Source: a candidate division WOR-3 bacterium (lineage in GTDB: Bacteria > Hydrothermota > Hydrothermia > JBDRYB01). From it: a stretch of DNA of 15,563 bases. Position numbers and translations under genes: made by a program. A model generated the notes under the pieces. That model was not told the origin of the DNA and ran no database searches. It worked only from the letters and a program-made list of their open reading frames with translations. Positions 7,811 to 14,572 of this stretch are shown in pieces. The stretch covers positions 1 through 15,563 of the forward strand of contig JBMFOM010000038.1 in assembly GCA_049969615.1 (NCBI GenBank), written 5' to 3'. How positions within the stretch are numbered: position 1 is the first letter of the stretch; every line of letters starts with the position of its first letter.

Positions 7811-8622
7811 TCAACATACTCCTCAAGGGTTTCCTGCCAGCCTGGAATCTCCTTTCCAGTGAAGGTCTTGTATGTCTCGGACGACAGGGATGAGCGCGGC
7901 GGTCGTTTGGCTGGTCTTTGTAGCTCTTGAGAGGATACAGCCCGCACATCCGCCCTCAATCCAGCGATCTCAAGGCCTTTGGTTACGAAATCCATGTAAG
8001 TGGCATCGGTTGCTCCCGCCAGGTGATACAGCCCAAACGGCAGGCGTGCCCTCGCAAAATCCGTCAGGAGGCTCGCGAGGCGCGGGGCATAGGTTGGCCT
8101 AGAAACCTGATCGGTTATGGCGAACAGGGATTTTCCGGCCGCGGCCATATCCAGGAACCTGCTGAGAAAACTCCTGCCGCCAGGGCCAAAGACCCAGGAG
8201 GTCCTGACCACATAGCCCCTTGGCACCCTCAGAGCTTCCCTTTCGCCCCAGAGCTTTGTTTTGCCGTAGGTGTTTAGGGGATTGGGGTCATCGTGTTCGG
8301 AATAGATTGGCCTTGCCCCATCAAACACATAATCGGTTGATATGTATATGAGGGTAGCCTCGCATTTTATGGCCGCGGAGGCTATTGCCCTGGTTGCCAT
8401 CCAGTTGATCACAAAGGCCCTTTCTGGCTCCCTCTCACACCCATCAACGTCCGTCCAGGCCCCGGCGTGGATTATGGTCCTGGGCCTTTTCATGCATATT
8501 GTTCTGCAGAGGTCATCAGGCCTGCTAAGATCAAGGTCTTGCTTTGAAGGAGCCCAGACCCCATCAAGCAGATCCACCAACAACCTTCCCAGACATCCGG
8601 AAGCACCTGTGAGCAGTATCAA
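7783..8622 (-). CDS. rfbD: dTDP-4-dehydrorhamnose reductase (RmlD)
   Basis: Motifs TGASGCLG, AWTDVDGCE, ISTDYVFDG, YGKTK (YxxxK), DQVSRPTY and AKRPPRSSL. TTG start overlaps the rfbA stop. Confidence 0.92.
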   Translation of the reverse strand: MILLTGASGCLGRLLVDLLDGVWAPSKQDLDLSRPDDLCRTICMKRPRTIIHAGAWTDVDGCEREPERAFVINWMATRAIASAAIKCEATLIYISTDYVFDGARPIYSEHDDPNPLNTYGKTKLWGEREALRVPRGYVVRTSWVFGPGGRSFLSRFLDMAAAGKSLFAITDQVSRPTYAPRLASLLTDFARARLPFGLYHLAGATDATYMDFVTKGLEIAGLRADVRAVSSQELQRPAKRPPRSSLSSETYKTFTGKEIPGWQETLEEYVEWWKASKEK

Positions 8623-9335
8623 TCCTTAACCTCCATTTCCCTGACCAGGGCGGATGCCCTGAACAACGACTCAAAGGTTCCCGCGTCTGTCCACCAGCCG
8701 GAGAGCACTTCGTGCCGCATTTCACCTTGTTCTATATACCAGTTGTTGACATCCGTTATCTCAAGCTCGCCTCGCGCGGAAGGCTTTAGACCCTTTATAA
8801 CCCCAAAGACCCTCTCGTCGTAAAAGTAAATCCCTGTGACAGCGAAACGCGACGGCGGCTCAAGGGGTTTCTCAACTATTTGTTTTATCCTCCCGTTCTC
8901 TATTACAGGCACACCGAACCTCTCTGGGTCAGGGACCTCCGCGAGAAGTATCATGGCCCCGCGGCCGGGGTAGCTATCCACGAACTGCCCCAGCGGTTCC
9001 TGAAAAAGGTTGTCCCCGAGAATGACCACTATTGGCTCGCCATCCGAGAAATCCTCTGCCAGGGACAAAGCGTCCGCTATGCCGCCCTCACCCTCTTGGT
9101 AGGTATAGGCCAGCCTGAGCCCTAGCTCCTTGCCATTGCCCAACAACCTCAGGAAATCCCCCGCGTGCTGGCCTCCGGTCACCAAGAGCACATCCCTTAT
9201 TCCAGCCTCCGCCATCTTCATGAGGGGATACAGCACCATTGGTCTGTTATATACAGGCAGGAGGTGTTTGTTGGTTATCTTTGTCAGGGGATAAAGCCTG
9301 GTTCCCAGGCCTCCCGCCAGGACAACGCCCTTCAC
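8619..9335 (-). CDS. rfbA: Glucose-1-phosphate thymidylyltransferase, short SpsI-like form
   Basis: Motifs LAGGLGTRLYPLT, KHLLPVYNRPM, LGDN, IVEKP, PSARGELEITD and WTDAGT. I placed the start at GTG9335 (VKGVVLAGG) rather than ATG9374, because the promoter lies in between. Confidence 0.9.
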   Translation of the reverse strand: MKGVVLAGGLGTRLYPLTKITNKHLLPVYNRPMVLYPLMKMAEAGIRDVLLVTGGQHAGDFLRLLGNGKELGLRLAYTYQEGEGGIADALSLAEDFSDGEPIVVILGDNLFQEPLGQFVDSYPGRGAMILLAEVPDPERFGVPVIENGRIKQIVEKPLEPPSRFAVTGIYFYDERVFGVIKGLKPSARGELEITDVNNWYIEQGEMRHEVLSGWWTDAGTFESLFRASALVREMEVKD

Positions 9336-9341
9336 GGGTAA

Positions 9342-9370
9342 ATTATAACCCACTTCCCGCGTAGGATCAA
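9342..9370 (-). promoter_or_regulatory. Promoter of the rfbA-rfbD-gmhA-GT87 operon, leaderless
   Basis: On the minus strand, TTGATC (9370-9365)-N17-TATAAT (9347-9342), 6 nt before GTG9335. Confidence 0.8.
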
Positions 9371-9377
9371 ACATCTG

Positions 9378-9416
9378 AGACCCCTGTTCCCCTGGACAAA
9401 GTGCACCTGGCTCAAA
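9378..9416. repeat. Inverted fragment of the dispersed intergenic repeat
   Basis: AGACCCCTGTTCCCCTGGACAAAGTGCACCTGGCTCAAA vs reverse complement of 5325-5363, AGAACCCTGTTCTTTTGGACAAAACGTTCCTGGCTCAAA: 31/39. Confidence 0.8.
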
Positions 9417-9478
9417 AGTGGCAACTCATCCGCGTTGGCCCTTGCCGGAGAATGTTTCTGACCCAGCCGCGCGAATAC

Positions 9479-9507
9479 TTGATCCCCGGCGGCCAGGGCA
9501 CTATAAT
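9479..9507 (+). promoter_or_regulatory. Promoter for the Omp28-like gene
   Basis: TTGATC (9479-9484)-N17-TATAAT (9502-9507), with SD GGAGG at 9522-9526. Confidence 0.8.
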
Positions 9508-9531
9508 TTGGGGTAATTTATGGAGGCACAC

Positions 9532-10500
9532 ATGAAAAAGCTATATGCGATAGTCCTGACGATGGTTGTGGCCAGCCCCCTGTTGGCCGCGCAGAGAAGC
9601 GTCGTGGTGGAGGAGTTCTCAACCTGGACCTGCCCATACTGTCCCTATGCCATAAAGGCAGTTGATAGCCTGAAGAAGGTTTTCGGGGACACGGTCACCG
9701 TGATGACCTATATCTACTCAATGTGCGGAACCGCTCAGGTCAGGTTCAACTACTACTCCATCTCCTATGTGCCGACATGCTGGTTTGACGGCCTGGCCGC
9801 TGACACCGGGGGCTACGCCGGCAACTTCAATGACTACAGGGCACATGTGAACGCGCGCAAGGGTATCCCCGCGCCCTTGAGGATAGAGAACATCAACGCC
9901 AGGCTCGTCAACGATTCCGTGCTGGTTGACTGCGATGTCGTCCTTGAACAGAACATAACCTCCGGGAACTCGCCGAGGCTTTTTGGACTCATAACCGAGA
10001 GAAACATCCAGGCCAATCAAGACGGCACGAGAGCTGACTACTTCACCAGGACAATGTTCTCACCCACATCAGGAACAAACCTCACTGTTTTCAACGCGGG
10101 CGAACAGCAGCACTTCCACCTGGGCTACAAGATGACCGCGTCGGACACCTGGAACCGAGACAGCCTTGACCTAGCCATATGGGTCCAGTATTACAACACC
10201 AAGGAAGTTCTACAGGGCGCGCAGGTTCACTTCATTAACCTCGGCGTATCAGAGGGCACGGTGTTTGCGCCGGGCTTCGATCTTTTCTCCAGGGGCAACA
10301 GGCTCTTTTTCAGCCTTCCCGATGCGACTGATCTTACCCTCTCCCTGTATGATGTCACAGGCCGCCAGGTTGCTATGCTAGCATCCGGGAACTTCTCCAC
10401 GGGCACTCACGAGGTCTCCCTGCCCCTGCTGAAGAGCGGCGTCTATACCGCTATCATGGTATCAGATAGGGGCACGAAGACCCTGAATATAGTGAAGTAA
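9532..10500 (+). CDS. Omp28-related thioredoxin-like (CxxC) secreted protein with T9SS-type C-terminal domain
   Basis: Signal peptide MKKLYAIVLTMVVASPLLA; motifs VVVEEFSTWTCPYCP and VPTCWFDG; C-terminus LGVSEG...LYDVTGRQV...SGVYTAIM. Start set at ATG9532, after GGAGG. Confidence 0.85.
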   Translation: MKKLYAIVLTMVVASPLLAAQRSVVVEEFSTWTCPYCPYAIKAVDSLKKVFGDTVTVMTYIYSMCGTAQVRFNYYSISYVPTCWFDGLAADTGGYAGNFNDYRAHVNARKGIPAPLRIENINARLVNDSVLVDCDVVLEQNITSGNSPRLFGLITERNIQANQDGTRADYFTRTMFSPTSGTNLTVFNAGEQQHFHLGYKMTASDTWNRDSLDLAIWVQYYNTKEVLQGAQVHFINLGVSEGTVFAPGFDLFSRGNRLFFSLPDATDLTLSLYDVTGRQVAMLASGNFSTGTHEVSLPLLKSGVYTAIMVSDRGTKTLNIVK

Positions 10501-10520
10501 AACCGGATATTCGGAAAAAT

Positions 10521-10546
10521 AGGCCCCGCTTCTGGCGGGGCTTTTT
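10521..10546 (+). terminator. Intrinsic terminator
   Basis: AGGCCCCGC-TTCTG-GCGGGGCTT stem-loop running into TTTTT, 20 nt after the stop. Confidence 0.85.
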
Positions 10547-10597
10547 GCTCCGCTTGTGAACACCGGAAATACGGAATGGCCCATACCCTCGCTCATG

Positions 10598-10627
10598 TTG
10601 ATAATGCCCCCACGCCTGGATTAACAT
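10598..10627 (+). promoter_or_regulatory. Promoter for the TPR lipoprotein-pyrK unit, leaderless
   Basis: TTGATA (10598-10603)-N18-TAACAT (10622-10627), 6 nt before GTG10634. Confidence 0.6.
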
Positions 10628-10633
10628 TTGAAG

Positions 10634-11980
10634 GTGCGCCGGACAATCCTCCTCGGCCTCTTGGCCCTTTCGTGTCTTCCTAAACAATCCTTTTGGGCAT
10701 ACTACAACTCCTTCTACAACTGTCAGAAGAACTTCGGGAAGGCCGAGGGCCTTTACAGGAAAGGAAAATCCTCCGAGGCTAATCAGTATTACAGGAAGGC
10801 AATTGAAAAGGGGTCGCGGATACTGAAGTATTACCCCAGGTCTGCTTATGTGGATGATGCTCTCTTCATAATTGGCGTTTCGCACCTCAGGATGGACGAT
10901 GTGGCCAAGGCCCAGAGGAAATTTGAGGAATTGCTCCTGTATTACCCCGCTAGCCCGTTCGCGGCCCGGACTCACCTCTACCTTGGAAAGGCTTACCTGG
11001 AATCCGGCCGATACCGTGACGCCCTTGACCAGCTCTCCAAGGCGGTCGCAAAAGACCCAAAGCTGGAATCCGAAGCGATGGTCTTCAAGGCAGAGGCACT
11101 CCTGGGCGCGGGGGAACCATCCGAGGCCGTGAAGGTCATCTCAGAGTTCATGAAGAAATACCCGAAAAGCCCCCACAAAAAGGAGGCATACCTAGTCGGA
11201 GCAAAGGCCGCAAAGGGCTCAGGCAGATACGATGATGGAGCCGCGTTTCTGAGGGAACTCCTCTCCGGATTCCTGACTGATAGCGAGAGGGTTGAGGTCA
11301 AAATTTTGCTCGGCGACATCTATTATGCGGCTGGAGATTATTCAGAGGCCGCGGCCATATATGGCTCCGTTGATCTCGCGCCCGGTTCGCCCCTGATCTG
11401 GCCCCTCCTGATAAAAAAGGGTCTGGCCGCGGAGGGCCTTGGAAGGACAGATGAGGCCATTTCTTTCTACAAATCCGTTACTGAGGGAGGTGGATACGAG
11501 TTCAGGGCAGAGGCCTATTATAGGATGGGCTTAATATATGAGGGCGCCGACAGCTTCTCACTCGCACAGGAGCTCTATAGCGAGGCGGGCAAACTGACCC
11601 AGGGAAACTACCCCATCCTTGCCAGGAGGCGGCTTGACGCTTTGCGGGAGTGGGAAACCCTCAAGGACTCCTCTTCGGTGGCAAAGCGATACAGATATGC
11701 CGAAGTCTCCTATCTATATCTGAAGAGATATGACGAGGCCTCGGCTATATTCGCCGAGATAGCCGAGAAATATCCCAAGACCGACTACGCACCCAAATCC
11801 ATGTATGCGCTAATGCACTACCAGCTCAGGGTAAGAGCAGACACAGCGGCCGCGAGGGAACAATACGCCAGATTGCAGGAGAAATATCCGAAAACCCTTT
11901 ATTCGGCTGAAGCCAGGAGGCTTTTTGGAGATGTTCTTGGAACCAGCGCGGGTTCTGGAAACCCGAACCCTGGGCAGTGA
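10634..11980 (+). CDS. TPR lipoprotein, SprE/PorW-like or BamD-like
   Basis: Lipobox LALSC (Cys14 from GTG10634; TTG10628 is an alternative start). N-terminal AYYNSFYN and AIEKGSRILKYYPRSAYVDDALFIIG; repeated YP-x-S/T-x-Y-A TPR ends. Family call is from recognition, not a search. Confidence 0.75.
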   Translation: MRRTILLGLLALSCLPKQSFWAYYNSFYNCQKNFGKAEGLYRKGKSSEANQYYRKAIEKGSRILKYYPRSAYVDDALFIIGVSHLRMDDVAKAQRKFEELLLYYPASPFAARTHLYLGKAYLESGRYRDALDQLSKAVAKDPKLESEAMVFKAEALLGAGEPSEAVKVISEFMKKYPKSPHKKEAYLVGAKAAKGSGRYDDGAAFLRELLSGFLTDSERVEVKILLGDIYYAAGDYSEAAAIYGSVDLAPGSPLIWPLLIKKGLAAEGLGRTDEAISFYKSVTEGGGYEFRAEAYYRMGLIYEGADSFSLAQELYSEAGKLTQGNYPILARRRLDALREWETLKDSSSVAKRYRYAEVSYLYLKRYDEASAIFAEIAEKYPKTDYAPKSMYALMHYQLRVRADTAAAREQYARLQEKYPKTLYSAEARRLFGDVLGTSAGSGNPNPGQ

Positions 11981-12668
11981 CCTGTTTGTTCTTTCGGTGG
12001 AATCTGACGCGCTACCCCAAGCGCTACCAGGTCAGTTCGCCAACCTCTCGCTCGGCCGGGATGACCCGCTGATCCCCAGGCCCATCAGCATTTTTGCCGC
12101 GGCAGACGACAGGGCTGATTTCCTCGTGAAGATACGGGGAAGGGCGACCGCACTCCTTTCTCGCCTGAGCAAGGGCGATACCCTTCTGGCCACGGGACCC
12201 CTGGGAAATCCCCTCCCAGCGTTTGACTCTGTTGTGCTCGTCGCGGGAGGCGTTGGGGTTGCCCCTCTGGCGTTCTATGCCAGGAAGATGCGTGAGCGCG
12301 GAGACCTACCCCTGCTTCTTGGTCTTCCGGAGCCGGTCCCGGCACTCGTTGAAACCCTTTCCAGCCTTGAACCCATCGTGATATGTGAGAACGACCCCCG
12401 CGGGGGCACGGTCGTTGACCTCGTCAAGAGGGAATATCCCTCGGAATCCCTTTACATTGCCTGCGGCCCCTGGGCCATGGTCAGGGCATTACTTGAGGTC
12501 GTGCCAGCGGAAAAGGTCATAGTGGTTGCGGAAGGCATGATGGCCTGCGGGGTCGGTACATGCCTTGTCTGCGCGCTACCGGCCAAAGGAGGCGGATACA
12601 TGAGGGTTTGCACCAAAGGGCCGTGGTTCAGGGCCACCGACATTGATTTTTCGCGGCCGGCCGGCTGA
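11931..12668 (+). CDS. pyrK: Dihydroorotate dehydrogenase B electron transfer subunit (FAD/NAD/2Fe-2S)
   Basis: Motifs PGQF, PRPISI, GPLGN, GGVGVAP, ACGP and MACGVGTCLVC...VCTKGP. SD AGGAGG at 11915-11920. Overlaps the upstream gene by 50 nt. Confidence 0.85.
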   Translation: MFLEPARVLETRTLGSDLFVLSVESDALPQALPGQFANLSLGRDDPLIPRPISIFAAADDRADFLVKIRGRATALLSRLSKGDTLLATGPLGNPLPAFDSVVLVAGGVGVAPLAFYARKMRERGDLPLLLGLPEPVPALVETLSSLEPIVICENDPRGGTVVDLVKREYPSESLYIACGPWAMVRALLEVVPAEKVIVVAEGMMACGVGTCLVCALPAKGGGYMRVCTKGPWFRATDIDFSRPAG

Positions 12669-12748
12669 TGAGTTCGGTCCTACCCGGTTCTCCGGGCGCC
12701 CTATAGTCTTTCCCCGCAATGAGGAACCCGGTGCCGAAATTCTGGTCT

Positions 12749-12850
12749 CTGAAAATCTCGCCAAGAGGGTATTTCCTCAGGATTCTCTTCCAGCTATGAT
12801 GAGGCTCCGGATGGGGACGAAGGACAGGCCGGGATCTTTCAAGGGTTCCG
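12749..12850. repeat. Copy of the dispersed intergenic repeat overlapping the regulator stop codon
   Basis: ~75% identical to 5376-5479, same orientation. Includes the minus-strand TGA at 12839-12841. Confidence 0.85.
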
Positions 12851-14443
12851 TTCCCAGGAGAGCTTTTCCAAAAGCCTCTTTCTCAGATTGTTATAGTATT
12901 GTCTATATTCGTCAATGTAGGGATCATAGGGGAACTCCGGCAGGAGATCACCGCCGACCATCTCCTTCGCCCGCGAAAGCAGATCCTCCTTTTCGGTTGG
13001 CTCCTGGGAGGATTCGGCCTTGGTCACCAGGTTCTCCACCTCGTTGAGGTCTGTCCAGACATCCTCAAGTTGATAGAAATCGTGTCTGCGCGTGATGAGG
13101 GAATCATCCCCGAGAATCCTCCTGGCAAAAGACACGGCCTGATAAAGCAATTCCCGGTTCTTTTTATCATACCTCTTCCTGGGCCAGAGAAGATGAAACA
13201 GGTGATCTCCGGCTATCCTGTGCCTGGAAGACAGAAGCAGATATACGAAGAACATGGCCGCTTTTCTGCTACGCCACTCCATCGGCCTTATTTCCTTCCC
13301 ATTCACCTGTATCCTGAGTCCTCCGATCAAGAAGGCTTTGATGCCTTTGGTGCTGTTGGGACCATACTTTGCGTCAATTAGAAGTGGCTCTATCCTGTTC
13401 AGGAAATCTCCCAGAATAGGGTCCTTCTTGAAAGCGGAGCGCTGATGAAATGTTGGTGCGAGGAACTTGAGGGCCTTGAACAGAATCGGGTTGTCGGTTC
13501 GCCAGGCCAGGTAAGCAGAAGAGATGCCTGAGAGATACGCCTCCATGTTCTGGTAAACCCTACGATAACCCTGTGCGGCCTCAAGAAGCCCTTTGGCAAT
13601 CTCTTCGTCATCTTCAGTAAGGAAAGCCTCAACCTCCCGGGCTGCGGCGTGTTCTCCCCAGCTGCCCTTTTGCGCCAACCTCAGACATTTCTTCACGAGA
13701 CTTGGCGGCGGCGATTTTATCCCGGCAAACCACGCGAGGTTCAAGGCCTTGGCTACGGAAAAAGCCGAATAGGCCATCCCTAGGTCCTGAAACAATCTGA
13801 CTGACTCTATATATGTTTCCGAGGCCTCATCCAACCTGCCGAGAAACCTCAGGGCATCTCCCTTCATTTCCAGCATACCTAGCCATAACTCGTTTCTGTC
13901 CGGTGTCTTGAGATAGGGCTCCAATATCTCAATGCACCTGCCGGGCTTCCCTGTGTCAATCGCGTGCAAGGCCATGAGGTAATCAAAATGGGATTTCTGT
14001 GGCGGTGCCACTTCCTTTCGGCATTTCAGAAGCTCCCGGTATGCGGATTCGTATTCCTCGCGGCAAAACATATTGTGAATGAGGCGCAGCCTCACCTTCA
14101 TCGCCATCCCCGGGTTACCTATTTGTTCGCTTATTTCCAGGGCCCTGATGAGATAGTTGTCCGATAAATCTATCTCGCCCATCACATTGTAAGCCAACCC
14201 CATCTCCACAAACAGGAATCTCGCCAGTCCAGGCTTGTCCGACACCGCGGGGATCAACCGCGCCCCTTTTCTTATTGCCTCATTCGCGGCGGATTGCGTG
14301 ACGAGAATGGAGACCTCTATCAAGGCAAGGGCAAGCGGATCCTCCTCCTTCAGCCTCTTCCTGAACATGGCCAGCTCGGCCTCGTTGCCAGAGTCGTATA
14401 TCCTGATGCCTTCCCTTATCCTCTCAAGGCTATCGCTGTCCAC
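12839..14443 (-). CDS. Transcriptional regulator: N-terminal TPR-like helical region + C-terminal OmpR/SARP-type winged helix + partial BTAD
   Basis: From aa ~367: IKAFLIGGLRIQVNGKEI...WRSRKAAMFFVYLLL...LLWP...LYQAVSFARRILG...YQL..VWTDL...GDLLPE. TPR-like motifs upstream. No Walker A and no receiver domain seen. Confidence 0.8.
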   Translation of the reverse strand: MDSDSLERIREGIRIYDSGNEAELAMFRKRLKEEDPLALALIEVSILVTQSAANEAIRKGARLIPAVSDKPGLARFLFVEMGLAYNVMGEIDLSDNYLIRALEISEQIGNPGMAMKVRLRLIHNMFCREEYESAYRELLKCRKEVAPPQKSHFDYLMALHAIDTGKPGRCIEILEPYLKTPDRNELWLGMLEMKGDALRFLGRLDEASETYIESVRLFQDLGMAYSAFSVAKALNLAWFAGIKSPPPSLVKKCLRLAQKGSWGEHAAAREVEAFLTEDDEEIAKGLLEAAQGYRRVYQNMEAYLSGISSAYLAWRTDNPILFKALKFLAPTFHQRSAFKKDPILGDFLNRIEPLLIDAKYGPNSTKGIKAFLIGGLRIQVNGKEIRPMEWRSRKAAMFFVYLLLSSRHRIAGDHLFHLLWPRKRYDKKNRELLYQAVSFARRILGDDSLITRRHDFYQLEDVWTDLNEVENLVTKAESSQEPTEKEDLLSRAKEMVGGDLLPEFPYDPYIDEYRQYYNNLRKRLLEKLSWERNP

Positions 14444-14450
14444 GAGGAAA

Positions 14451-14480
14451 ATTTTAAGGCGCGAGAACGGCCTAATGCAA
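14451..14480 (-). promoter_or_regulatory. Promoter of the regulator, leaderless
   Basis: On the minus strand, TTGCAT (14480-14475)-N18-TAAAAT (14456-14451), 7 nt before GTG14443. Confidence 0.7.
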
Positions 14481-14505
14481 TCATCACGAGGGCCACAGGC
14501 CCTTT

Positions 14506-14538
14506 GTTTCAGTTTCGTTCAAGTCCATTCCTTATAAT
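14506..14538 (+). promoter_or_regulatory. Promoter lacking a -35, with candidate SARP-type direct-repeat activator site
   Basis: GTTTCAGT (14506-14513) and GTTCAAGT (14517-14524) are 11 bp apart and end 8 nt before TATAAT (14533-14538). Confidence 0.55.
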
Positions 14539-14572
14539 TATGCCCGCGCGAAAACGCGTGGGAGGTAATAGC

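Noticed and set aside
9336-9374. ATG9374 start for rfbA
   Set aside because: The extension spans the promoter, and this family begins at MKG(V/I)(V/I)LAGG.
12665-12740. Hammerhead-like CTGATGAG ... CGAAA
   Set aside because: TGATGA is the tandem stop of pyrK, stem II cannot form, and no stem I/III or cleavage triplet is arranged correctly.
14294-14572. 93-aa N-terminal extension of the last ORF
   Set aside because: It overlaps the regulator and both promoters. The SD and paralog alignment support ATG14573.
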